A stretch of 64,000 nucleotides of DNA from contig NC_043022.1 of NCBI RefSeq assembly GCF_006345805.1, positions 15,376,001 to 15,440,000 on the forward strand, written 5' to 3'. The DNA is from Octopus sinensis. Its lineage: Eukaryota. The position numbers were made by a program, and so were the translations under genes. The notes beneath the pieces are model-generated. The model saw only the letters and a program-made list of their open reading frames with translations. It searched no databases and had not been told where the DNA came from. This document shows positions 1 through 12,180 of the stretch, in pieces (the stretch's first letter is position 1; each line of letters begins with the position of its first letter).

Positions 1-668
1 AGCAATGACTCAAAAAAGGTATGTCCTCAATTACCTTACACACCCTGCATATATATGCATATGTGTGTGTATATATAAATACACATATATGCATACATAA
101 GTGCATGTATAAACATATATATATATATATATACATACATACATTCATACCTATATATATATTCTTTTGTTTCACTCATTTAACTGTGGCCATGCTAGAG
201 CACCGCCTTTAGTAGTTGAGCAAATCAATCCCAGAACTAATTCTTTGTAAGCCTAGTACTTATTCTATCGGATGTCAAGCGACGGTGGGGGGACAAACAC
301 AGACACACAATTATATAGATATATATATATGTATGTATGAAGTGCTTCTTTCAGTTTCCATCTACCAAATCCACTCACAAGGCTTTGGTCGGGTCGAGGC
401 TATTGTAGAGGACACTTGCTCGAGGAACCACCGGAACCATATGCTTCCATAAATTTGAACTCGGAACATAAAACCAGACGATATGCCACCAAGCATTGGC
501 CCGGCCCGCTATCGATTCTTCCAGCTCAACAAAAGGGTTAAAAGGATTTAAATTATAATTTGCCATCAAAATTTCATTTTCAGTTTTTCTTCAAAATACC
601 AACTTAATAACAACAAAGTTAATTCTACTAAATTCATTATTTTCAGAATTAATTAAAAGAAAAGAAAA

Positions 669-1070
669 GGAGTGGCTGTGTGGTAAGTAGCTTGCTAACC
701 AACCACATGGTTCCGGGTTCAGTCCCACTGCGTGGCATCTTGGGCAAGTGTCTTCTGCTATAGCCCCAGGCCGACCAATGCCTTGTGAGTGGATTTGGTA
801 GACGGAAACTGAAAGAAGCCTGTCGTATATATGTATATATATATATATGTGTGTGTGTGTATGTGTTTGTGTGTCTGTGTTTGTCCCCCTAGCATTGCTT
901 GACAACCGATGCTGGTGTGTTTATGTCCCCGTTACTTAGCGGTTCGGCAAAAGAGACCGATAGAATAAGTACTGGGCTTACAAAAGAATAAGTCCCGGGG
1001 TCGAAAGGCGGTGCTCCAGCATGGCCGCAGTCAAATGAGTGAAACATGTAAAAGAGTAAAAGAGTAAAAA
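669..1070 (+). mobile_element. tRNA-derived SINE family A (head GGAGTGGCTGTGTGG, internal TA/TG microsatellite, tail AAATGACTGAAACAAGTAAAAGAG)
   Basis: About 20 near-identical copies in the window in both orientations, with A/B-box-like head. Probably one of the described octopus tRNA-SINE families; name not assigned. Confidence 0.85.
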
Positions 1071-1914
1071 AGTATAAAAATGACAGGGCAGAAATTAAAA
1101 GTCTTCGGAAATCTGTTGAAGGAAGTAATTCTACAAAATCTCAAAACTTCCAACTTCACCAGGAACATCAATAAAATGACTGACACAAAAATCTTTCAAG
1201 ATTTTACTCCAATTCTTCTTTCTTCTTCAGAATTGGCACTTCAAAATCAATTCCAGTTTGATATTTATCCGACTTATTGATCTGCTTTGAGCTCATTCCA
1301 ATCTCTTTAGAATTTTAATCAATTTACTGATAATTCCAACCTATTAATTCTCCACTTCCTCTCTTTGCTTAAAATTTATTAGCTTTTTGTTTTCCTTTCT
1401 TTGTTTTCTTCTTTCTTTCCGTTCTTCTTTTCTCTTTATTTTCTTCGTCCTTTCTTTCCTTCTTTCATTATATTTGTGTTTGATAGAGTGATTGATTACT
1501 TATTGATCTCTCAGATTAACTGACTAATAACTTTATTATTGCAATACTGTTTCTTACCTTCTTTTTCTTCCCCCACCTCTACCTGCCTCTCTTTCGTTCT
1601 CTTCCTCTCTTTCTTTCTTTTGTATATTTGATCATTCACCTGTTCACTATTTACCTATCACCATCAACAATTTCATCATCATCATCATCATCATCACCAC
1701 CATTATCAATGCCACGTTTCCCTGCTTCCATGTGGGGAAAGTGTTAGATGGAATATGTTGAGACAGATTTTCTACGGCTGGATGCCTTCCCTTTCACCAA
1801 CCCTCATCTGTTTCCACCTGAGGTAAAAATCTACCCAAGGCCAGACATGCTTTCCATGCAAATGAAAGACACTGCTTCTGACAGGCATTTACAGCATTCA
1901 CATGTCAAGATGAC

Positions 1915-2232
1915 ACAACCACACACACAGACACACACACACACACACATACATACACAACCACATGCATGTGTGCACACATACACAACCACACATGCAC
2001 ACGCACAACCTACACACAACCACACACACACACACACACCACCATACACATGCACACACACACAACCATACACACAGATAACTACACATACACAACCACA
2101 CAAACACACACATAGACAACCACAGAGACACACATGCACACACACACACGGTCACACACATACACGGTCACACACATACACGGTCACACACACACACGGT
2201 CACACACACACACGGTCACACACACACACACG
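1915..2232. repeat. CA-rich compound microsatellite
   Basis: (CA)n interrupted by ACC/CGGT motifs. Confidence 0.9.
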
Positions 2233-3163
2233 GTCTTCTTTTAGTTTGTCTTCCAAATTTACTCACAAGAGTTTTCTTATCAACCTGGGATCCCTGTCCA
2301 GAGTGCCATGCAGTGGAACTGATCCCAAAACCACAGTGTGGTCACTGAATATTCTCAAGATAAGACCCCAGTCCTCAACTGAGTGGGGTATAGTAAAGAA
2401 GGTGAAAATATGACAGAGGGACAGGGACAGAGACCTTGCTAAAGAAACCAATACTATCATCATCATCATCATCATGATAAAGGGATTCCAGGGTAAAGGA
2501 AAACCCGTCCTTAGGCTTATGGATAAGTTGAAGCAGTCCCTAAAATCTCTACAGCTTAAGCTAAAATCTTGGTTAAGTCATTGTCTTAGATCAATCTTCC
2601 TAGGTGTCACATGCGCCATGGTGCATCAAAACAATCTGAGTTGAAGAATCATCATCATCATCGTTTAACGTCCGCTTTCCATGCTAGCATGGGTTGGACG
2701 ATTTTGACTCAGGGCTGGCGAACCAGATGGCTGCACCAGGTTTCAATCTTGATTTGGCAGAGTTTCTACAGCTGGATGCCCTTCCTAACGCCAACCACTC
2801 TGAGAGTGTAGTGGGTGCTTTTTACGTGCCACCGGCATGGGGGCCAAGAATTATATCCTGCAATTAACAGACCCATTTCTCAAATTCCAGGCAAAATCAA
2901 AAGCACCGTTGTCCCCTTCGTGACTTCTTAGCAAAATCCATTCCTAGATTCAAATTATATTCATGGACCCATCACAAATAGATGCAGCTTCTTTTATTTT
3001 ATATTTTTATTTTTCTTCAAACACTCATACATTGAAATTACTGGGGATGGCCATCCGGACTGGCAGAATCATTACCATGCTGGACGAAATGCTTAACGGC
3101 ACTTTGCCCATTGCTATGTTCTGTGTTCAAATTGCGCTGAGGTCAATTTTGCCTAAATTAAGT

Positions 3164-3263
3164 NNNNNNNNNNNNNNNNNNNNNNNNNNNNNNNNNNNNN
3201 NNNNNNNNNNNNNNNNNNNNNNNNNNNNNNNNNNNNNNNNNNNNNNNNNNNNNNNNNNNNNNN
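3164..3263. other. assembly gap (100 N)
   Basis: Run of exactly 100 N, a typical placeholder of unknown true size. Confidence 0.99.
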
Positions 3264-4262
3264 ATATATATATATTTATATGATGCCAGTGCCCTGACTA
3301 GCCCCCGTGCCAGTGGCATGTAAAAAAGCACCCACTACACTCTCAGTGTGATTGGCATTAGGAAGGGCATCCAGCTGTAGAAACCTGCCAGATCAGATTG
3401 GAACCTGGTGCAGCCCCTCCTAGTTTGCCAGTCCTCAGTTAAACTGTCCAACCCATGCCAGCATGGAAAGCAGACATTAATAAACGAAAGCAGACATTCA
3501 TTTCCAGTCTGCTTTGAAAACATGTCTGGCCAATGAGAAACATTACCTTATTTGGAAACTGGTGAGGGTTGATGAAAAGAAGGGCACCAGGCTGCAAAAA
3601 CTTTCCCTCAATGAATTCCATCTGACACATACAAGTATAGAAAATTGGACATATAAAATGATGAAGACTCGTGAATTTGTTGGGCTGGAATTATTTCTTT
3701 TTTAGAGATTTCTGTAAAGACAATCATTCATTTTGTTTAATTATTAAATGCTAACGAACATAAGCATTCTTTCTGACAAAAAATGCAACTCACACAAATA
3801 CTCCCAGACAGGTTTCCCTGTTGTACACCACATGCATGTGTCCGCAAACACACACACACACAGGCGCAACTCGTCTTGGGCTCTCGAGTCCAGATGGAGT
3901 GATGTGGGCACCATAAATTTAGCAGAACTCATCCCTCTCCAAGTTTAAATGTAGCCAATTTCTTTCAGAGAGACAGACAGACAGACAGACAGAGAAGAGG
4001 AAAGAAAGAAAGAAAGTAAAAGAATCTACTCCAGTCCAGGGGTGGTACTTTATTTATCAAACCCCAAATGGATGAAAGACAAAACTGAAATCTCAGGAGG
4101 ATTTGAACTCAGAATGCAGAGAGGACAAATATTGCAAGATATTTTATCCAGTGTTTTAACAACTCTGCCATTTCACCATTCTTACACACAAGCTGACAGT
4201 CTCTTGCAGTTCCTCTCTCTCTCTACTTCAGTAAAGACATCTCTCCCCCTCTCTCTCTCGTA

Positions 4263-4463
4263 CAGTGGTCTTCAACCAGGGTTCCGCCAGTACAGTCCAG
4301 GGGTTCCGCAAAAAGTTACAAAACTGCTAAAATCGGCAGTAATTTTTAATTCTCCTGTGCAGATATGTGTGCATAAGACTATTAAATTATTGCACAGGGG
4401 TTCCCCGAGCCAGTGGAATGTTTCCTTGGGGTTCCGCTCCAGCAAAAAGTTTGAAAAGCACTG
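4263..4463 (+). mobile_element. hAT-type MITE
   Basis: TIR CAGTG..TCAA/TTGA..CACTG; 8-bp TSD CTCTCGTA/CTCTAGTA; inverted sister copy at 48826-49004. Confidence 0.85.
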
Positions 4464-4957
4464 CTCTAGTAAATCATATCTATCATCTCTCTCTCTCTCT
4501 CTCTTTACCAAACCCTCACTAACCTCTTTCTTTGTTTCCCCTCTCTCTTACAAACACACACACACTAATAAAGAAGAGTCTCTCCACCAAGGATTTGAAC
4601 TCTGAAAGTAAAGAAACATGTCTAGATACGGCAAGGCACACTGGTTGTCGCTCGACTGATTTTTACCAACAAAAAATAATAATTTTTTTTTAAATCAAAA
4701 AAAAAACAAAGAAAGAAAAAACACAAAAAAATATGAAAACTTTCGGAATCAAAATAGAATTTTATGGAAAGAGTAGAGTTAAATGACTTGTTCAAGAATG
4801 AATTACTGAGTTGCATTGAGATACCTGTAATTAGTGTGGGGGCAAATAATTCCTTTATTAGCCAACTGCTGTCACCCCACTTGTGGAAACGGTAACTCAA
4901 AGACAATCATTGTTGTTACAGGTCTGTGTTGTTGTTGTTGATGTTGTTACTTCATTC

Positions 4958-6514
4958 TTATTTCTGAAGCAATGTCTCAGCCTCTTCGTGAGAGAGATGA
5001 CAAGTGTCCATATAGATCTTCGTTATCATTTCGGCCAGCAGCACCTTCGACACGTAATCGGCATACTTCATGTGTCTCTTACAGAACATTTTGAACAAAC
5101 CTTCCATAATACTGTCCAATTGGCTGCTCGACAGACAACCCCAGAAACATAAATAATTTAGTTGTAGACGATCGGTTCCACCGTTTTTGTACATTTTATG
5201 TCGCCAACTTATTCCTTTCCCTTGGAAGATGTTACGTAAATACTGTTTACTGTCTTTTACTAACAGCAGAATCTGGTTTGGAGTTAAGTTCAACACATTG
5301 ATATTCACCGAATCTATATCAGAATTTTCTTCAGAACATAAAACAGTTTTTAAAGAATATGAGTCTTTGAGTCCTTGCAGTTTCATTTTCTCACAATTTT
5401 CTTTCGTCTTCGTTTCGTTCTTATTCATGTCCGACTGGTTCAGAGTGGCATCGGTCGAGGCACTGATGTTACCGATGCTGCTTAATTTCGAGGGACTCTT
5501 CACTGGCGAACCACCGTACGATGATTCGAAATCCAAGTCTTGCTCAAAGGAACTCGAGATATAATGGTCTTCGGAATTGCTGGACTTCGAGAAACCATAA
5601 TAGGGTAAGTTTTCGCATGACGACGTGCTGCCATCACTGTCTAATTCTTTGATGCAGTTACGTTTATTTACAATTTTTTTGTTGACCAAATCGTCATTCG
5701 AGCCCTTTTCATTTACCAATTTGGCATTCTTGCAGGAATTGGAACTTTTCCGTGACTTTGAATTTTCATCTGTGTTTGAAACTTTGTTCTTATTTTCAGC
5801 CGATTTTTTGGGTGATTTTAAAGAATCTTGGTCTTCAGGAACCTCGGGCACTTTACTTTTAGCAACTAAATGTTGAGTGTTTCTCTTCCTGCTACGCAAC
5901 CGTTTCTCCCGACTCACTATAGTCTTCAGTTTCTCTCTTTTGGTCAATTTATCATCCCCGGACTGAGAAGAAACGGACCCTGGCTGTTCCTCGTTATTGT
6001 CACAGCCGCCGAAATAGTCACTAATTGTTAACGTTTGGGAAGTTTCTGACGTCTTATTGGCAGAGCTGGACACGGCGGTCAGCAAGGGTGAGAAACCTTT
6101 TTCTTTACGACAAACAAAGACGACAATTTTTTCACTTTTTAAACAAAGATTTTGGAAACGCTTATTAATGTGGCTTTTAGCACCAGAGTCTAAGTTCATT
6201 ATTAGAAAATACTGTCTTGTAGGGTTTTTCTTAAACGTATAAACCAGTCTTATTGTATTACCAGTTAAGATTTTGGGTTCATGGTTTTTCTTCTGTTTTT
6301 CGTCTTCCCTGCTTTCTTGCATCCAGTCAAAGAGGGGTTTCTTGATCAACTGTAGAACTTCCTGAAGATGGCGGTCACAGAACCAGTACTCTGAGACGCC
6401 AGTCTCTTTGGATGCGGGGGCAGTGATAGGATGGACTTGAAGCTGGACAGCTAAGTTGTCCCCAACTTGCAGGTACTCCGTGATGCATTGTGGTCTTAAA
6501 TTACTCAGAGTCAT
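4958..6514 (-). CDS. SLX4IP: SLX4IP-like protein (UPF0492-type N-terminal domain, Ser/Lys/Asn-rich linker, PWWP3A/MUM1-like C-terminal domain); whole CDS in one exon
   Basis: 518-aa ORF with ATG in ggagccATG context. It is preceded by a branch-point/polypyrimidine/CAG acceptor (exon begins ~6529), implying a separate 5' UTR exon. Candidate minus-strand AATAAA at 4854-4859. Motifs VGDNLAVQLQVH, WFCDRHLQEVLQLIK, ILTGNTIRLVYTFKK and LCLKSEKIVVFVC parallel remembered SLX4IP N-terminal motifs (CGNFAVLVDLH, WFSEQKKEEVCLLLK, LKGYGFQITAYF, LCVFPDRFVVCV). Confidence 0.7.
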   Translation of the reverse strand: MTLSNLRPQCITEYLQVGDNLAVQLQVHPITAPASKETGVSEYWFCDRHLQEVLQLIKKPLFDWMQESREDEKQKKNHEPKILTGNTIRLVYTFKKNPTRQYFLIMNLDSGAKSHINKRFQNLCLKSEKIVVFVCRKEKGFSPLLTAVSSSANKTSETSQTLTISDYFGGCDNNEEQPGSVSSQSGDDKLTKREKLKTIVSREKRLRSRKRNTQHLVAKSKVPEVPEDQDSLKSPKKSAENKNKVSNTDENSKSRKSSNSCKNAKLVNEKGSNDDLVNKKIVNKRNCIKELDSDGSTSSCENLPYYGFSKSSNSEDHYISSSFEQDLDFESSYGGSPVKSPSKLSSIGNISASTDATLNQSDMNKNETKTKENCEKMKLQGLKDSYSLKTVLCSEENSDIDSVNINVLNLTPNQILLLVKDSKQYLRNIFQGKGISWRHKMYKNGGTDRLQLNYLCFWGCLSSSQLDSIMEGLFKMFCKRHMKYADYVSKVLLAEMITKIYMDTCHLSHEEAETLLQK

Positions 6515-6657
6515 GGCTCCTAAGAATTCCTGGAAGTAAAATGGGAAAAGAGAAAAAGAAAAAAGTTAGCAGTATCCACACAATACAGGAAGTACACACA
6601 CACGTACACATACACTTCACACACACGTACACACACACGTACACCCCACATATATAT

Positions 6658-6693
<36 letters not shown>

Positions 6694-6696
6694 CGT

Positions 6697-6982
6697 GGAG
6701 GCGCAATGGCCCAGTGGTTAGGGCAGCGGACTCGCGGTCGTAGGATCACAGTTTCGATTCCCAGACCGGGTGTTGTGAGTGTTTATTGAGCGAAAACACC
6801 TAGAAGCTTCACGAGGCTCCGGCAGGGAGTGGTAGCGATCCCTGCTGTACTCTTTCTTCTGTTGGCCAGCTCGCTTAGCCAGCAGGGTGGCGTCATTCGA
6901 AAGGCTAAAACAATGTGAAGCACATTGTGACCAGCGATGTGTAACAACATCTGATGGTCTGGTTGGTCACGTGATCACGTGA
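6697..6982 (+). mobile_element. tRNA-Arg-like SINE (family B)
   Basis: A box TGGCCCAGTGG, TCG anticodon-like loop, B box GTTTCGATTCCC, non-tRNA body, tail TCACGTGATCACGTGA. Confidence 0.7.
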
Positions 6983-8465
6983 TATATATATATACATGCA
7001 TATACATGTATAAATATATATACACACACACATATATACATGTTTTTATGTGGCACCAGCATCAGTGCACTTTACATACCCCAACTGCATTTTACGTGTA
7101 ACCAGCACCTTTTACGTGGCACCGGTATCGGTGCTTTCTACATGGCACCAACAGGTAATCGTATTTCATTTAGTTATTGCAGTACATTTAATACTTGATT
7201 AATTTAAAATGTGTCGACCAAGGTGACCAACCCTGCTTTGGAAGAGCAAGTAATCTGGAAAGGGTTCGGAATGAAATGTTCTGGAAAATCATTGTTGTAA
7301 CCTGATTCGTTGGTGGTTAATTCCAACAGAGCAGGTCTATGATCAAAGGTGCTCTCAACCATTTTTTTCAGAAAGGGTATCTTAAATCAGTTCATTCCAA
7401 TGTCTTTTATTTTTTTTTGTTTTAACCCAGGGAGATTTTGGCTGCTTCTTCTTACAGGTTGAGCAACAAATGGTTGTCTTGTATGTTACTAATTATTGAA
7501 GGGAGCGGTGGTGATGGAGGTATTTCATAATTGCCTTAAGAAGTTGTTAGATCCTAATGGATAAATGAATAGCTTTTGCTGGCAAAGACCTGTCAAGGCA
7601 AGTGAAATCAAAATCGCTGATGTGGGCCATGACAGTAATGCCTGATTGGTGCTCATGCCAGTGGAACGTTAAAAGCATCATCCAAGCATGATTGTTGCTA
7701 GGGCCACAGACTGGCTCCCATGCAGGTGGAATGAAGAAAGCACCATTCGAGCGTGATCGTTGTCAGCATCACCTTACTGGCACATGTGCCAGTGGCATCC
7801 AAAAATCAACACTCGAGCGTGGTCGTTGCCAGTACCGCCTGATTGGCCCTCGTGCCGGTGTCACGCAAAAGCACCCACTACACTCATGGAGTGGTTGGCG
7901 TTAGGAAGGGCATCCAGCTGTAGAAACTCTGCCAGGTCAAGACTGGAGCCTGGTGCAGCCATCTGGCTCGCTAGTCCTCAGTCAAACCATCCAACCCATG
8001 CCAGCATGGAAAGCGGACGTTAAACGATGATGATGACGACTACAATAATGTAATCAAAACAAACGGCAGTAACCATTTGTAATGTAACAACAATCTGAAG
8101 AACCAACAATCCAACACGCTAACTCGAACTGTGAACTTTGAACTCCAGCTTTGAACTATCAGTCGCTTAGACCGCTACTGTTTATTTGTAGTGGTCTAGT
8201 CTATTCTCACCGGGGGGGGGGTGTCGTACTCTCACACAACAAAAGTGCAAATGAAAAAGAAACTAGTTTAGAAAACATGAATAAATTAATACATTAATGC
8301 ATCAATGTATGAATAATTGAATAAATAATTAACGAGGGGGAAGACAGGGGAGGGGGGAAACATCTTAAAATACAAGAGTGGATCTTGTTTTTTTTTTTTT
8401 TTGGTTCTTTTTCAATTATTTTCACAAGGAATGTGATGTAGAGCAAAACTCAACGAGATTCTTTA

Positions 8466-8545
8466 ATTCTGTTATTCTTTTATTCTGTTATTCTTTTATT
8501 CTGTTATTCTTTTATTCTGTTATTCTTTTATTCTGTTATTCTTTT
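8466..8545. repeat. 16-bp tandem repeat (TTCTGTTATTCTTTTA, ~5 copies) extending a SINE tail
   Basis: Direct reading of the sequence; abuts a reverse SINE A tail. Confidence 0.85.
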
Positions 8546-8749
8546 ACTTGTTTCAGTCATTTGACTGCAGCAATGCTGGAGCACCACCTTTAGTCGAGCA
8601 ATTAGGCCCCAGGATTTTATTCTTTGTAAGCCTAGTACTTATTCTATTGGTCTCCTTTGCCGAACCGTTAGGTTACAGGGATGTAAATGCACCAACATCG
8701 GTTGTCAAGCAACGGTGGTGGGGACAAACACACACACACACACACACAC

Positions 8750-9365
8750 ATCATCATCATCGTTTAACGTCCGCTTTCCATGCTGGCATGGTTTGGACGG
8801 TTCAGCTGGGGTCTGGGGAGCCAGAAGGCTGCACCAGGCCAGTCTGATCTGGCAGTGTTTCTACAGCTGGATGCCCTTCCTAACGCCAACCACTCCGTGA
8901 GTGTAGTGGGTGCTTTTTATGTGCCACCGACACAGGTGCCAGACGAGGCTGGCGAACGGCCATGCTTGGATGGTGTTTATTACGTGCCACCGGCACGGAG
9001 GCCAGGTGAGGCTGGCACGGCCACAATTGGATGGTGTTTGTTACGTGCCACCAGCACGGAGACCAGTCGATGCGGTACTGGCTACGGCCACGTTTGGATG
9101 GTTTTCTTATGTGCCACCGGCACTGGTACCACAACTACAAATTCTATTGATGTTCATCGATTTTGATTTGATTCTTTGATTTTTGATTTTCACTTGCCTC
9201 AACAGGTCTTCACAAGTAGAGTTATGTGTCCCAAGAAGGAAGGTATGCACAGGTGGCCTGACTACGTCCCAGGTAGGGGCCACGGGTTATGGCCTCACTT
9301 GTCCTGCCGGGTCTTCTCGCGCACAGCATACTTCCAAAGGTCTTGGTCTCTGGTCATTTCCTCAT
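8750..9365 (-). mobile_element. 5'-truncated 3' UTR of the RTE-like LINE (long copy)
   Basis: Matches 62155-62830. About 20 shorter copies occur, e.g. 2648-2850, 3285-3480, 7690-8040, 10195-10525, 11200-11510, 19530-19840, 23570-23760, 24255-24600, 26620-26780, 28447-28640, 36250-36650, 43115-43330, 47070-47455, 54028-54170, 57633-57950 and 58330-58805. Confidence 0.85.
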
Positions 9366-10239
9366 ATATATATATTGATAACCACTCCGAGAGTGTAGTG
9401 GGTGCTTTTTACATACCATCAGCACTGGAGCCAGTCAGGGGATACTGGCATCGGCCACATTCGGATAGTGCTTTTTATGTGCCATCGGCATGGGAGCCAG
9501 TCAGGTAGCATTGGCATCAACCATGTTGGGATGGTGCCTTTCACATGCCACTGGCACGAGAGCCAGTCAGGGGGAACGGTTTTGGTTTTACTTCACTCAA
9601 CAGGTCTTCTCAAGTACATCATATTGCCCAACACATCAAGGGTATTCTGAATTTCAAAAGGGCCAGCCTTGTCACACTGTGTCACGTTGATTCTTCCTGA
9701 GAACTATGTTAAGGGTACATGTGACTGTGCAGTACTCAGCCACTTGTGCAGTAATTTCACAAGCAGGCAGGATGTTCTGTTGATCGGATTAGGTGGAACC
9801 CTTGTCATGGCAACTGACAGAGTGCCAACACAGAAGAAAACCAAGGCACCAAAGGTGGCAGAATCGTAATAAAACCGGACAAAATGTTTTGTGCATTTCT
9901 TCTGGTTCCTTATATTCTGGGTTGAAATCCTGCCAAAGGCAATGTGTCTTTCCATCCTTTTTTGCAGATCAAGAACTGGGGTAAATCTAATCGACCTGCC
10001 CCTCCCCTCAAAACTACTGGCCCCTGTGCCAAAATGACAAAGAATCGTAGAAAAAAAATATTCAGAGATTAGGTGCAGGCATGGCCGTGTGGTAAGAAGC
10101 TTGCTTCCCAACCACATGGTTCCAGGTTCAGTCCCACTTGGGCAACAAAAGCCTTGTGAGTGGATTTGGTAGATGAAAACTGAAAGAGGCCCATCGTGTG
10201 TGGCCGTTGCCAGTGCCGCCCCGACGGGCCTCCGTGCCA

Positions 10240-12180
10240 GTGGCACGTAAAAAGCACCATCCGATCGTGGCCGTTGCCAGCCTCGCCTGGTCCCTGTGCC
10301 GGTGGCACGTAAAAAGCACCATCCGACCGTGGCCGTTTGCCAGCCTCGTCTGGCACGTAAAAAGCACCCACTACTCACGGAGTGGTTAGCGTTAGGAAGG
10401 GCATCCAGCTGTAGAAACACTGCCAGATCAGACTGGGCCTGGTGCAGCCTTCTGGCTTCCCAGACCCCTGTTGAACCGTCCAACCCAAGCTAGCATGGAA
10501 AGCAGACGCTAAATAATGATGATGATTGTGTGTTTTCATGTTTGTTGTTCCCCCCCCACACACACACAATCGTCTGACAATCGATGGTGTTTAAATCCCT
10601 GTAACTTAGCAGTTTGGCAATAGAGGCCAATAGAATAAGTACCAGGCTTACAGAGAATAAGTCCTGGGGTCAATTTGTTTGACTAAAGGCGGTGTTCCAG
10701 CATGGCCACAGTCATATAACGGAAACCAATAGAAGAGTAAAACATTAAGCAAGCTTTTTCAAGTCTGCTATCTCAATCAGAACAATTAAGATTGATAAAA
10801 AAGACCCCCCCAAAAAACCCCAGCTTTTAGTAAAGGAAAACAACTACATTACAGAAAAAATTAAAAAATAAAAGCGTTTCCATGGAGTTGGGGATATCAT
10901 GGGAATACATTTTCTTTGGTGACATTTCAGGGAGAAATCTCACCCCAATAAATATTGCCAAGTGTTTTTTTTTCAAGCCAATTACTGAAAAACTCTTGAA
11001 ACTTTTTCCGAAATTTCAAGTTTCATTTTATAGCTACATGTGGACAAACCTCCACATGTGTGCCCCACTGGCTTTGTTTTCCCACAACTTATAAGTTTTT
11101 TTTTTGCTTCTTTTGCTAAAGAAATTTTCAACAAAAACTTTTCAGAGGGTGGAGATTCCGATTATATCAGAAATTGTGTTGAAAAATTTTTTCCATGGTT
11201 GTGGCACGTAAAAAGCACCATCCGATCGTGGCCGTTGCCAGCCTCGTCTGGCCCCCGTGCCGGTGGCACATAAAAAGCACCATCCGTCCATGGCCGTTTG
11301 CCAGCTCCGTCTGGCACCTGTGCGGGTGGCACGTAAAAAGCACCCACTACACTCATGGAGTGGTTGGCGTTAGGAAGGGCATCCAGCCGTAGAAACATTG
11401 CTAGATCAGACTGGGCCTGGTGCAGCCTTCTGGCTTCACAGGCCCCAGTTGAACTGTCCAACCCATGCCAGCATGGAAAGCGGATGCTAAATGATGATGA
11501 TGATGATGATGCTTGTGTGTTTTTATGTTTGTTGCTCCCCCCACAATCGTCTGACAATCGATGGTATTTAAATCCCTGTAACTTAGCAGTTCGGCAAAAG
11601 AGGCCAATAGAATAAGTACTAGGCTTACAAAAGAATAAGTCCTGGGGTCGATTTGTTTGACTAAAGGCGGTGCTCCAGCATGGCCGCAGTCATATAACGG
11701 AAACCAATAGAAGAGTAAAACATTAAGCAAGCTTTTTCAAGTCTTCTATCTCCATCAGAACAATTAAGATTGATAAAAAAAGCCCCCCCCCAAAAAAAAA
11801 ACAGCATTTACTAAAGGAAAACAACTACATTACAGAAATTAAGAAAAATAAAAGCGTTTCCATGGAGTTAGGGATATCATGGGAATACATTTTCTTTGGT
11901 GACATTTCAGGGAGAAATCTCACCCCAATAAAAATTGTCAAGTTTTTTTTCAAGCCAATTACTGAAAAACACTTGAAACTTTTTCCGAAATTTCAAGTTT
12001 CATTTTATAGCTACATGTGGACAAACCTCCACATGTGTGTCCCACTGGCTTTGTTTTCCCATAACTTATAAGTTTTTTTTCTTCTTTTTTTGCTAAAGAA
12101 ATTTTCAACAAATACTTTTCAGAGGGTGGAGATTCCGTTTATATCAGAAATTGTGAAGAAAATTTTTTTTTCCATGGTTG
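10240..12180. repeat. tandem duplication of a ~970-bp composite unit
   Basis: 10240-11200 and 11201-12180 are highly similar, with scattered substitutions and indels. Confidence 0.85.

Noticed and set aside
1080-1280. 66-aa ORF in unique sequence
   Set aside because: No splice context, homology or extension on either strand.
1748-2413. 221-aa His/Thr-rich ORF and overlapping Cys/Val-rich ORFs
   Set aside because: Translations of a CA microsatellite.
6697-6775. tRNA-Arg gene (also tRNA-like heads at 28915-28990 and 54343-54415)
   Set aside because: The acceptor stem is not formed and each runs into a repeat body, so these are SINE heads.
8378-11730. Numerous 60-260-aa ORFs with recurring LQLDALPNANH, WLASYLPHSH or PLAR motifs
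   Set aside because: Chance frames through SINE and LINE-UTR repeats recurring across the window; not coding.
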